Below are positions 31,031 to 41,014 of a stretch of DNA of 64,000 nucleotides, piece by piece. The notes beneath the pieces were generated by a model that did no database searches, was not told the DNA's origin, and was given only the letters and a program-made list of their open reading frames with translations. Within the stretch, counting starts at the first letter, position 1. The number at the start of each line of letters is the position of its first letter. Source of the stretch: an uncultured Gammaproteobacteria bacterium (lineage in GTDB: Bacteria; Pseudomonadota; Gammaproteobacteria; UBA6002); assembly GCA_963705725.1 (NCBI GenBank), contig CAVPKM010000013.1, positions 128,001 through 192,000 of the forward strand, given 5' to 3'. Position numbers and translations under genes: made by a program.

Positions 31031-31878
31031 AATTTTTAATTTTAATCATCACGCTTATACTGCAGACATTAATACAACAAAAAGGCTTAAATAAGCATAG
31101 CTTAATTAATCGCTATATTAATTTTCTGCTGCCTTCTTTCCAAAGGCTGAATCTGGAAACAGGTTGGCAAGTCACATTAGGACTGCTGGCACCTGCTATG
31201 ATATTTTTGCTATTATTAGCTATCCTTCTTCATCACGTCATTTGGCTTTATTTTATTTATTCATTGGTTATTTTATGGTTATGTCTGGATTACGGTAATA
31301 TCAAGACCTGCTTAGCAGCATATTTCACAGCGTTGACTGATGAAAATATAGGTAGAGCTCAAGTTGAGGCAGAGCAATTTACTATGAAAGCGTTGAGTAA
31401 TGATAAAGCAGTGATTACTCGGGCTATCACTGAAAAAATATTGAGTCATTCAGTTACTCACATTTTTTCAGTTATCTTTTGGTTTATGCTGCTAGGTCCC
31501 GTTGGTGCGGCTTTATATTTTTTGATTGCAGTGATTGCAGCTAAATATGAAAAAATGGAAATGGGTTTTTCCCACCTACAATTTGCCGAGTACCTCAAGG
31601 ACATATTCGATTGGATTCCAGTCAGGCTGGTCACTTTTACTTTTGCATTGATCAGTGATTTTAGTTCAGTCATAAAAATCTGGTTAGCTCATTTGGGTAG
31701 CGATACCACTCAAAACACTTTCCTGTTATTAGAGAGTGGCTTAACTGCACTTAATTCCGAGCCACCTGAAATGCAGGTGGGAGTAGCTGAAAACCACCAT
31801 GCTATCAGGCTCATTTATCGAACATTATGGGCATGGGTGATTGCAATTGGGATAATCACTTTATTGTCACTGATATAA
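31027..31878 (+). CDS. ampE: AmpE/CobD-like membrane protein
   Basis: IFWFMLLGPVGA, DWIPVRL; overlaps ampD. Confidence 0.85.
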   Translation: MKFLILIITLILQTLIQQKGLNKHSLINRYINFLLPSFQRLNLETGWQVTLGLLAPAMIFLLLLAILLHHVIWLYFIYSLVILWLCLDYGNIKTCLAAYFTALTDENIGRAQVEAEQFTMKALSNDKAVITRAITEKILSHSVTHIFSVIFWFMLLGPVGAALYFLIAVIAAKYEKMEMGFSHLQFAEYLKDIFDWIPVRLVTFTFALISDFSSVIKIWLAHLGSDTTQNTFLLLESGLTALNSEPPEMQVGVAENHHAIRLIYRTLWAWVIAIGIITLLSLI

Positions 31879-31971
31879 ACCGACCACTATACTCTTGCAA
31901 ATGGATTTTAGGCTAAGGGGCGAGTGCCAGGCCCAAAAAGAGTATATGTCAATCAAATGAGGGAATACTCC

Positions 31972-34635
31972 ATGCTTGAACCTAATCATCCACTTCAAGA
32001 TAGCGATCCTGTTGAAACAAAGGAGTGGTTATCCGCTCTTGATTCCGTCATGCAATTTGAGAGTTCGTCGCGCGCGAAATTTCTTATCGAAAGCTTATAT
32101 CATCGAATGAAACAGCGTGATCCAAGTGTTGACCTACAATTAACTACGCCTTATTGCAATACACTACCCATTGAAATGGAAGAGAAGCTCCCGTCAGGTA
32201 ATGAGATTGCCGCTCGAATTATTTCTTTTAATCGATGGAATGCCGTTGCCATGGTGGTGCTTGCTGGGAAAGCCGATTCCGAAATTGGTGGGCATATTGC
32301 TACCTATGCATCGGCTGCATTACTGTATGAAGTTGGCTTCAACTACTTTTTTAAAGCAAGGAACGAAAATTTTTTAGGGGATTTGCTTTTTATTCAAGGA
32401 CACTCCGCGCCTGGAATTTATGCTAGAGCGTTTTTAGAAGGGCGATTGACAGAAGAAAATCTTGCTAACTTTCGACGAGAGGTAAATAGAAAAGGGCTGC
32501 CTTCTTATCCACATCCTTGGCTGATGCCAGATTTTTGGCAATTCCCTACTGTTTCAATGGGTCTTGGACCGCTTCAAGGAATTTATCAAGCCAGATTTAT
32601 AAAATACTTAGAAAGTCGGGAGCTCTTACCTAAACAAGAAAGAAAAGTTTGGGTTTTTTGTGGGGATGGTGAAATGGACGAGCCCGAGTCGCTCGGTGCC
32701 CTCACTGTTGCGGCAAGAGAAAAGCTTGATAATTTAATTTTTGTGATTAATTGCAACTTACAGCGACTTGATGGTCCTGTTAGGGGTAACGGAAAAATTA
32801 TACAAGAATTAGAAAGCGTCTTTAAAGGTGCAGGTTGGAATGTAATCAAAGTTATCTGGGGAAGCAGGTGGGATAGTCTACTTGCGAAAGATAAGACCGG
32901 ATTATTACAAAAACGAATGAATGAGTGTCTCGATGGCGAATATCAGAACTATAAAGCAAATGATGGGGCTTATGTAAGAAAACATTTTTTTGGCAAATAT
33001 CCTGAATTACTCGAGCTCGTAAAAGATATGACTGATGAGGAAATTTGGCATCTTAATCGAGGTGGTCATGATCCGCAAAAAATTTATGCGGCATATAAAG
33101 AAGCGACGAAACACGCAAAAGGCCCCACAGTGATTCTTGCTAAAACCGTGAAAGGCTACGGGATGGGAGCAGCAGGTGAAGGTATGAATATTACCCATCA
33201 GCAAAAAAAAATGTCAGTTGAAAACTTGAAAACATTTTGTGAGCGTTTTTCACTTCCCATTGATCCAGAAAAAATTGAAGATATTCCTTTTTGCAAACTA
33301 GAAGTAGCAAGTCCAGAATACAAATTTCTTCATGAAAGAAGGAAGGCGCTAGGCGGTTATTTGCCAAAACGTGAGCAGAAATCCCCTCAATTATCCACTC
33401 CAGATTTAGAAACGTTTAATGTGCTACTTAAAAATTCCGGTGATAGAGAAATTTCAACAACCATGGCTTTTGTCAGATTTCTGACTATTTTATTGAGAGA
33501 TAAAGCCGTTGCTAAGTACGTTGTGCCAATCATTCCAGATGAATGCAGAACATTTGGTATGGAAGGACTATTTCGTCAAGTTGGCATTTACTCGCCTGTT
33601 GGCCAGTTATATGATCCCGTCGATCGCGATCAAGTCATGTTTTACAAAGAGGCGAAAGATGGCCAGCTATTAGAAGAAGGACTCACTGAAGGTGGGGCAT
33701 TTTCCTCTTGGATGGCGGCGGCGACTTCCTATAGTACGCATGGCTTACCGATGATTCCATTCTATATTTTTTATTCTATGTTTGGTTTTCAGCGGATCGG
33801 TGATTTAGCTTGGGCTGCAGGAGATATGATGGCGCGTGGCTTTCTTCTGGGAGGAACCGCAGGTAGAACCACGTTAGCAGGAGAAGGTTTGCAGCATACA
33901 GACGGCCATAGCCATATTCTTTTCAGTGTTATCCCTAATTGTATTAGCTACGATCCTACTTTTTCCTATGAGTTGGCAATAATTTTGCAACATGGGATGA
34001 AAATAATGTATCAAGATCAAAAAAATGTTTATTACTACATTACTTTGATGAATGAGAATTATTACCATCCCGATATGCCAGAAGGGGTGGATGAGGGGAT
34101 TATCAAAGGCATGTATCCTTTTAAACAAGCAAAAAATGCGAAGATACAGCTACTTGGTTCTGGAACTATTCTTAGAGAAGTGTTAAAAGCTGCGGAACTG
34201 CTAGAAAAGGATTTTAATATTGAGGCAACAGTTTGGAGTGTAACAAGTTTTACTGAACTTCGAAGGGAAGGTCTAGATGTTGCGCGTCATAACTTATTAG
34301 AAAGCGATAGTAAAAAACATCAAGTTCCCTATGTGACAGAATGTTTGAAAGAGGCGGAAGGTCCAGTGATCGCTGCATCGGATTATATCCGGCTTTTTGC
34401 AGATCAAATCCGAGAGTTTGTCCCACAGAAATATTATGTTTTGGGAACGGATGGATTTGGCAGAAGTGACAGTCGCCAAGCGTTACGTTATTTTTTTGAG
34501 GTCAACGCAAATTTTATTGCTTATACGGCGGTTAAAGCTTTATCAGAAGAAGGGAAATTAGCTGAGAAAGTAGTGCTTGAAGCGATGAAAAAATATGATA
34601 TTGATCCAGAAAAAATCAACCCAATGACCGCTTAA
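31972..34635 (+). CDS. aceE: Pyruvate dehydrogenase E1 (homodimeric type)
   Basis: DPVETKEWL, GDGEMDEPES, NCNLQRLDGPV, GTDGFGRSD. Confidence 0.98.
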   Translation: MLEPNHPLQDSDPVETKEWLSALDSVMQFESSSRAKFLIESLYHRMKQRDPSVDLQLTTPYCNTLPIEMEEKLPSGNEIAARIISFNRWNAVAMVVLAGKADSEIGGHIATYASAALLYEVGFNYFFKARNENFLGDLLFIQGHSAPGIYARAFLEGRLTEENLANFRREVNRKGLPSYPHPWLMPDFWQFPTVSMGLGPLQGIYQARFIKYLESRELLPKQERKVWVFCGDGEMDEPESLGALTVAAREKLDNLIFVINCNLQRLDGPVRGNGKIIQELESVFKGAGWNVIKVIWGSRWDSLLAKDKTGLLQKRMNECLDGEYQNYKANDGAYVRKHFFGKYPELLELVKDMTDEEIWHLNRGGHDPQKIYAAYKEATKHAKGPTVILAKTVKGYGMGAAGEGMNITHQQKKMSVENLKTFCERFSLPIDPEKIEDIPFCKLEVASPEYKFLHERRKALGGYLPKREQKSPQLSTPDLETFNVLLKNSGDREISTTMAFVRFLTILLRDKAVAKYVVPIIPDECRTFGMEGLFRQVGIYSPVGQLYDPVDRDQVMFYKEAKDGQLLEEGLTEGGAFSSWMAAATSYSTHGLPMIPFYIFYSMFGFQRIGDLAWAAGDMMARGFLLGGTAGRTTLAGEGLQHTDGHSHILFSVIPNCISYDPTFSYELAIILQHGMKIMYQDQKNVYYYITLMNENYYHPDMPEGVDEGIIKGMYPFKQAKNAKIQLLGSGTILREVLKAAELLEKDFNIEATVWSVTSFTELRREGLDVARHNLLESDSKKHQVPYVTECLKEAEGPVIAASDYIRLFADQIREFVPQKYYVLGTDGFGRSDSRQALRYFFEVNANFIAYTAVKALSEEGKLAEKVVLEAMKKYDIDPEKINPMTA

Positions 34636-34644
34636 GGGTAGCCA

Positions 34645-35019
34645 ATGAAATTTCAGATGGTCATCTTGCTGCTCATTGCCTTATTGAGTAGTTTTTCAGT
34701 TTGCGCAAATGGCTTGCATGTGCAGGTAAGAGATAAGATGATGGATATCACCAAGAATGATGTAGAGGAATTGCAAATTTTTCAGAGCGGGAAGGGCGTG
34801 GCAGCGGCACTTTTGAGGCTTAGACCTGAAGCCGCAGAACGCCTTCAGAGACTGACAGAAAAAAATATAGGTCAACAGGTTTTATGGATATGGAAGGGTA
34901 GGGTGCTTTGTGCTCAAAAATTGCGTGCTCCGTTGGGGGAGGATATTGCAGTGCATAATTTTACCACCTTCGAAGCGGAAGACTTTGAAAAAAGTACTGG
35001 ATATTCAATTAATTACTAA
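34645..35019 (+). CDS. Small secreted protein resembling a stand-alone SecDF P1-head subdomain
   Basis: Signal peptide; PEAAERLQRLTEKNIGQQV...GRVL...FTTFEAE. Confidence 0.6.
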   Translation: MKFQMVILLLIALLSSFSVCANGLHVQVRDKMMDITKNDVEELQIFQSGKGVAAALLRLRPEAAERLQRLTEKNIGQQVLWIWKGRVLCAQKLRAPLGEDIAVHNFTTFEAEDFEKSTGYSINY

Positions 35020-35072
35020 TCATTTTCGCGATTCTTGCCGAAAATGCTGATTTATAATTAGGGAGAAAAATT

Positions 35073-36389
35073 TTGGCAATAAAAGAAGTTCGAGTACCAA
35101 ATATTGGAGATGCGAAGGACGTAGAGGTGATCGAAATATTAGTATCGCCAGGTCAAAAAATAAATAAAGAAGATTCATTAATCACCCTAGAAAGCGCTAA
35201 AGCCAGCATGGAAATTCCTTCTCCTGAAGATGGAATAGTGAAAGAAGTAAAAGTTAGTCTAAACGATAAGATATCGGAAGGGTCATTAATTTTATTATTA
35301 GAAACTGAAGGGAAAGAAGAATCACCAAAGAAAGAACAAGATAAACAAGCAGAGAAGCCAACAGTAGAAGATGAGGCTAGCCCATCTCCCACCCCTACTA
35401 GTTCAAATGAAGCCATAAAGACAAAGCAAGCTGAGACTTCCCCAGATAAAGAATCCACATCGGAAAAAATCTCCCAGACTAATCAGTCTGTACACGCAGG
35501 GCCAGGAGTGAGGCAGATGGCGCGAGAATTTGGAATTAACTTAAATCATGTGGTGGGTTCTGGGATTAAAAATCGAATTCTTAAAGAAGATTTACAGCAA
35601 TATGTAAAATCTATTATGCAGAAGGAAGCCACATCAGTACCCGCTATTAACTTTGGTTCGCCAAAAGCTCCGGAAATTGATTACTCAAAATATGGCGAGG
35701 TAACGACCCAGCCATTATCTAAAATTAAGCGATTGACAGGAATCCATGTACATCGTAGCTGGGTGACGATTCCCCATGTTACCCAATTTGATCAAGCTGA
35801 TATTACTGAAATGGAAGCATTTAGAAAAAATCAGAAAGCTTCAATCGAAAAACAGGGTATAAAGTTGACTCCGCTAGTGTTCATTATGAAGGCGGTTGTG
35901 GCCGCATTGAAAGCCTTCCCGCATTTTAATGCTTCATTAGATGCGAGTGAAGAAAATATTATTATCAAAAAATATTATAACTTAGGAATTGCTGTTGATA
36001 CCCCGAATGGTTTAGTGGTACCGGTTGTCAAAAATGTAGATCAAAAAGGAATGATTTCACTCGCGAAAGAATTAGGGGAAATCAGTCAAAAGGCAAGACA
36101 AAAAGGACTTTCCCCTGCTGATATGGCGGGAAGCTGCTTTACGATATCAAGCCTTGGTGGAATAGGTGGCACTGCTTTTACCCCTATTATTAACGCACCT
36201 GATGTTGCGATTCTGGGTGTGTCGAAAGCAGAAATGAAACCGGTATTTAATAAAGACCAATTTCTGCCAAGATTAATGTTACCGCTTTCGCTTTCTTATG
36301 ATCACCGCGTCATTGATGGCGCAGATGGTGCAAGATTTCTTGTTTATTTAGCAAATTGTCTTACTGATATACGCACTTTATTACTCTAA
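35073..36389 (+). CDS. aceF: Pyruvate dehydrogenase E2, one lipoyl domain
   Basis: ESAKASMEIP lipoyl site, HAGPGVR, DHRVIDG. Confidence 0.97.
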   Translation: MAIKEVRVPNIGDAKDVEVIEILVSPGQKINKEDSLITLESAKASMEIPSPEDGIVKEVKVSLNDKISEGSLILLLETEGKEESPKKEQDKQAEKPTVEDEASPSPTPTSSNEAIKTKQAETSPDKESTSEKISQTNQSVHAGPGVRQMAREFGINLNHVVGSGIKNRILKEDLQQYVKSIMQKEATSVPAINFGSPKAPEIDYSKYGEVTTQPLSKIKRLTGIHVHRSWVTIPHVTQFDQADITEMEAFRKNQKASIEKQGIKLTPLVFIMKAVVAALKAFPHFNASLDASEENIIIKKYYNLGIAVDTPNGLVVPVVKNVDQKGMISLAKELGEISQKARQKGLSPADMAGSCFTISSLGGIGGTAFTPIINAPDVAILGVSKAEMKPVFNKDQFLPRLMLPLSLSYDHRVIDGADGARFLVYLANCLTDIRTLLL

Positions 36390-36401
36390 GAGGAATGATT
36401 C

Positions 36402-37841
36402 ATGTCTCAAATAAAAACAGAAGTTGTTGTAATTGGTGGAGGCCCAGGTGGTTATTCAGCTGCATTTCGTGCGGCAGACCTAGGTCTCAAAGTAGTACTA
36501 ATAGAAAAATTTAGCACATTAGGCGGAACTTGTTTAAACGTCGGTTGCATTCCTTCTAAAGCCTTATTGCATCTTGCAAAAGTTATGGAGGAGGCAAAAG
36601 AGGTTGCAGAACTCGGTATTGAATTTCAAACACCAAAAATAGATATTGAAAAAATTAATCAATGGAAAGATAAAAATGTCGTTGGCCGTTTAACCGGTGG
36701 GCTAGCAACCTTAGCAAAACAGCGTCAGGTAAAGGTGGTGCAGGGTATCGCTAAGTTTACTTCCTCCCATGAAATTGAAGTTGAAGGCCCGGAAAGGATG
36801 GTGATCAATTTTGATTATGCTATCGTTGCTGTGGGTTCAAGGCCAGTTAAATTACCCTTTGTCCCTGATGATTCGCGCATTATGGATTCGACCGATGCCC
36901 TAAAGTTAGAACAGGTAGAAGATCGCCACATGCTTGTTATTGGAGGGGGTATTATTGGTCTTGAAATGGCTACAGTTTATAAAGCATTAGGCAGCAAAAT
37001 TACCATTGTAGAGTTAATGGATCAATTGATACCGGGAGCCGATCGCGATCTGGTTACCCCATTACATAAATTTGTCAGTAAAAAATATGAAAATATTTTT
37101 TTAGAAACCAAGGTTACCAAGGTAGAGGCAAAGAAAACGGGTCTAGCCGTCACCTTTGAAGGAAAACAGGCGCCGAGTGAAGTACAACAATTTGATACTA
37201 TTTTAGTGGCAGTAGGTCGAAGACCGAATGGAGATTTAGTTGAGGTAGAAAAAGCAGGCTTAAAAATTAATGAACGTGGTTTCATTGGGGTTGATAAACA
37301 AATGCGAACGAATATTTCTCATATCTTCGCGATAGGAGATGTAGTCGGGAATCCAATGCTCGCTCATAAAGCAACCCACGAAGGTCGCACTGCTGCTGAA
37401 ATCATCGCGGGTGAGATGCAGGATAGGGCTAATAAAAAACACACCTTTGAACCAAATTGTATTCCTTCTGTTGCTTACACAGATCCAGAAATTGCTTGGG
37501 TAGGGCTCACTGAAAATGAAGCAAAAAAACAAAATATTTCTTATGGCAAGGGAGTATTTCCTTGGGTAGCAAGTGGTAGGGCGCTAAGTTTGGCACGTAC
37601 AGAAGGACTGACCAAATTAATTTTTGATCAAAAAACTAATCGTATTCTCGGAGCAGGAATAGTCGGTCCTAATGCTGGGGAGTTAATCAGTGAACTAGCG
37701 CTTGCAATTGAAATGGGTTGTGATGCAGAAGATATTGCATTAACTATTCATCCTCATCCTACATTATCGGAATCAGTCATGCTCGCAACAGAAATATTCG
37801 AAGGCACGATTACCGATCTGTATCTACCCAAAAAAAAATAA
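36402..37841 (+). CDS. lpdA: Dihydrolipoamide dehydrogenase
   Basis: GGTCLNVGCIPSK, HPHPTLSE. Confidence 0.98.
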   Translation: MSQIKTEVVVIGGGPGGYSAAFRAADLGLKVVLIEKFSTLGGTCLNVGCIPSKALLHLAKVMEEAKEVAELGIEFQTPKIDIEKINQWKDKNVVGRLTGGLATLAKQRQVKVVQGIAKFTSSHEIEVEGPERMVINFDYAIVAVGSRPVKLPFVPDDSRIMDSTDALKLEQVEDRHMLVIGGGIIGLEMATVYKALGSKITIVELMDQLIPGADRDLVTPLHKFVSKKYENIFLETKVTKVEAKKTGLAVTFEGKQAPSEVQQFDTILVAVGRRPNGDLVEVEKAGLKINERGFIGVDKQMRTNISHIFAIGDVVGNPMLAHKATHEGRTAAEIIAGEMQDRANKKHTFEPNCIPSVAYTDPEIAWVGLTENEAKKQNISYGKGVFPWVASGRALSLARTEGLTKLIFDQKTNRILGAGIVGPNAGELISELALAIEMGCDAEDIALTIHPHPTLSESVMLATEIFEGTITDLYLPKKK

Positions 37842-37877
37842 AATCGCAACTGCTCACGGGGTAAGCGTCCATTCAAC

Positions 37878-37898
37878 GCGTCAGTTTTGAACTGACGC
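37878..37898. terminator. Hairpin between convergent lpdA and comF
   Basis: GCGTCAGTT-TTG-AACTGACGC. Confidence 0.6.
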
Positions 37899-38599
37899 TA
37901 AGCTTTTGCAAGACACCAATTATCAATTGTTTTCACGCCTGCCCTTTTTAGTGTGCGCGCGATTTCTTTGAGGGTGCTGTAAGTTGTCACGACATCATCA
38001 ATAATTGCAACGTGGTCGTAATGGTGTTTGTTGTTAAAATAAAATGCTTGTTTGACATTGGTTTGCCGTTGCTCAATGGAAATTAATGTTTGTGGCGAAG
38101 TGTGGCGAGAACGCGATAAACTCTTATAGTCGATTGGCACTTTAAGATATTTTGAAATGGGCCTTGCAATTTCCATCGCTTGGTTATAGCCGCGATGCCG
38201 GATTCTTTGTTTTGATAGTGGCACTGGCATAATAATGCTGGGAAGATTTCTGTCTAGCGCTTGATAAACTTCTTTTATTCTGTCTGCAAGCAAAATACCA
38301 AGACTCGATCCGATATCTATTTGCCGATTGAACTTAAGCTTTGTGATTAAGGAAGGAATAGGAAACTGGTACTGACAAAGCGCAATGGTGAGCTCAAAGG
38401 GAGGGGGATGGATTAAGCATTCGCCACAATAATACAGTTTGACTTGGGAATTGAGTTTTGCGCCGCAATTATAGCAATACGTTCGAAGTAAGGGTAAATC
38501 GTTCAGACAACCATCGCAAAGTTTTTTCGAAGCAAGACCGCAAACAATGCACCGCGTAGGCAGTAACCAGTTAATCAGGTGATTGATCTTATTTCGCAT
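37898..38599 (-). CDS. comF: ComF family protein
   Basis: Double Zn ribbon, RGYNQA, IIDDVVTT. Confidence 0.92.
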   Translation of the reverse strand: MRNKINHLINWLLPTRCIVCGLASKKLCDGCLNDLPLLRTYCYNCGAKLNSQVKLYYCGECLIHPPPFELTIALCQYQFPIPSLITKLKFNRQIDIGSSLGILLADRIKEVYQALDRNLPSIIMPVPLSKQRIRHRGYNQAMEIARPISKYLKVPIDYKSLSRSRHTSPQTLISIEQRQTNVKQAFYFNNKHHYDHVAIIDDVVTTYSTLKEIARTLKRAGVKTIDNWCLAKA

Positions 38600-38675
38600 A
38601 GGGGTTAACGCTTTTTCGCTTTTTTTAAATAGATAAACAAAAATTTGTTACAAAATAAATACGGTATCCTTCCCT

Positions 38676-39445
38676 ATGTATGAAAATAAGGTATTTCATG
38701 AAACAATTGGAAAGGGCCCTGAGATTGTTTTATTGCATGGGTGGGGCCTGCATGGCGGCATTTGGCAGTTCATCGCTACGGAATTAGCAAAGGAATTTAG
38801 TGTCACGATTATTGATTTGCCGGGATATGGTCGAAGTGAATGGATTACTGATTATACACTTGAAAAAATGGTGAAATTATTATCGGATATTGCGCCAAAG
38901 CAAGCTATTTGGATAGGCTGGTCCTTAGGTGGGTTAATCGCAACAAAATATGCACAGCTTTATAAAGATCGAGTCAAAAAATTAATTTGTGTTGCAAGTT
39001 CTCCTAAATTTTTAGAAGAAACCAATTGGCCAGGAATGAAAAAAGCGGTGCTTGAGAAATTCAATCAGCAACTTGAAGTGGACTATGAAGAAACATTAAA
39101 ACGTTTTCTATTGTTACAATTCTACAAAGTGTCGTTAGATAAAGAAAAAATTTGCTGGCTGAATTTAACCCTGTTTCTTATGGTAGACCCAATTTACCTG
39201 CATTACACGCAGGACTTTCCTTATTAGAAGGTCTAGATTTGAGAGAAGAAACAAAATCTTTAACTTGCTCTATTCTGTATATTTTTGGAAAGTTAGATAC
39301 CTTAGTTCCAGCCAGGGTAGCTGAAAAGTTGCAACAATTTAGTCCTCATATTAAAACAGTGATCATTCCAAGCGCGAGTCATGCTGTATTTCTATCTCAT
39401 CAAAATGAATTTTTAACAGAAGTTAGGCGTTTTGCTTATGAATAA
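38676..39445 (+). CDS. bioH: Pimeloyl-ACP methyl ester esterase (frameshift ~39150)
   Basis: LLHGWG, DLPGYG, GWSLGG; catalytic D and H (LDTLVP, ASHAVF) in the second ORF. Confidence 0.9.
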
Positions 39446-40305
39446 TCTTGATATGCCACTATTTATAAAAAAAGAAATTAGACAGAGTTTTAATCACGCA
39501 GCAAAAACTTACGATGAAGCGGCATTTTTTCAACGAGAAGTGGCCGATCGTTTAATGGATCGGTTACATTCAATTCATTTGCAGCCTCATACGATATTAG
39601 ATCTGGGTGCTGGGACGGGTTATTCTGCGCGAAATTTAGAAATGTATTATAAGAAAGCAACCATTATTGCTTTTGATCTGGCTGAAAACATGTTATTACA
39701 AAGCGCGGCACAGAAGCGTTGGTTTGATCGAAAACGATATGTTTGTGGCGATGCAGAGAAATTACCGTTTCAAAATCATTCTTTTGACTTAATCTTTTCT
39801 AACTTAGTATTGCATTGGGTAGTGGATATTGATTCGACTATTAAAGAACTTCGTCGAATTTTAAAACCTGGTGGTATTATTATTATTTTCAACATTGGGA
39901 CCAGATACCTTGTTGGAGCTGCGAGAAAGTTGGTCAAGAGTGGATAATAAAAAGCACGTTCATTCCTTTATTGACATGCATCATTTAGGCGATTGCCTGC
40001 AGCGGGCAGATTTCCACGATCCCGTTATGGATATGGAATTTATTACGATTACCTACAATGATATTAAAAAAATTCTATTCGATCTCAAAGATTTGGGAAC
40101 ACACAATATCGATCAACATCGTTCAAAAGGCCTGACAGGAAAGAATAAATTTAAGCAATTTATCCATGCCTACGAACAATATCGCAATGCGGAAGGCTTT
40201 ATTCCTGTTACCTATGAAGTAGTCTATGGCATAGGGTGGGGAAAAGAAATGGCGCCATTAAAAGAGGTTCATATTCCAATTGAAGCAATTAAGAGAAACT
40301 TCTAA
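39438..40305 (+). CDS. bioC: Malonyl-ACP O-methyltransferase (frameshift ~39875)
   Basis: LDLGAGTG, FSNLVLHW; STLGPDTL.ELR and FIDMHHLGD in the second ORF. Confidence 0.9.
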
Positions 40306-40308
40306 TTT

Positions 40309-40340
40309 CTAAAGAGGCTCTTGTACAAGAGCCTCTTTAG
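40309..40340. terminator. Perfect 32-bp palindrome between convergent genes
   Basis: CTAAAGAGGCTCTTGT-ACAAGAGCCTCTTTAG. Confidence 0.75.
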
Positions 40341-40345
40341 TATTA

Positions 40346-40768
40346 TTAGCGATGCTTGTAGCAAGGTTCCATTAATACGGTAATGTGGGAAGGATATTTT
40401 TGCATTGCGCCCGATAGAGCATCAACAAAAACGCCAGGCCAAAATAAAATCACATTGGCAATCGTCCAAGCGTTAAAACTTTGTCCTACGCCGACTTCCT
40501 TTTGTCGGTATCCAGATCGATTACATTTAGCAGTGAGTGCGCCTTGACCTTTATTAACAATCACCATGCCGGGATTTGAATTATAAACATAAGTTCGACC
40601 GTTGCTGTCAGTTAATGTGCACATTGCGCCGGGAATAATTTCATGAGTTTTACTATCAATTGCTTGTAAATGAATCGGCTGCGTAGTGCCAGAAACCACT
40701 GTCGCACAACCGGTAATCAGGCAAGAAAAAATTGTAATAGCTACTATTCCTTTTAATATTTTTATCAT
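40346..40768 (-). CDS. Lipoprotein of unknown function
   Basis: Lipobox ITGC-ATVVSG; VDALSGAMQKYP. Confidence 0.8.
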   Translation of the reverse strand: MIKILKGIVAITIFSCLITGCATVVSGTTQPIHLQAIDSKTHEIIPGAMCTLTDSNGRTYVYNSNPGMVIVNKGQGALTAKCNRSGYRQKEVGVGQSFNAWTIANVILFWPGVFVDALSGAMQKYPSHITVLMEPCYKHR

Positions 40769-40946
40769 AGAACCCTCATATTGTAGTTATATATTAAGTA
40801 GGTCCAGGTAAATGTACTGCGCGAAGCTTAAAAAAATCTTAAGGAAAACTTTTTTAATTTTTATATTTTTTTTATCACTTTTTCCCCTCTGTAACTGAAA
40901 AAACCCTGTTATACACAAAGATGAGTTTTTACTATAAATAGTGCAT

Positions 40947-40979
40947 TTTAAGGCTAATTTAATATAAGTTTGTTAGTGT
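40947..40979 (+). promoter_or_regulatory. PmrA-box-like direct repeat plus -10 element
   Basis: TTTAAGGCT-AA-TTTAATATA, 7 nt, TAGTGT, upstream of the ankyrin-CaaX gene. Confidence 0.45.
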
Positions 40980-41014
40980 ACAACCTAATGAATTTTTTAA
41001 GAGGGTTAGATCAG

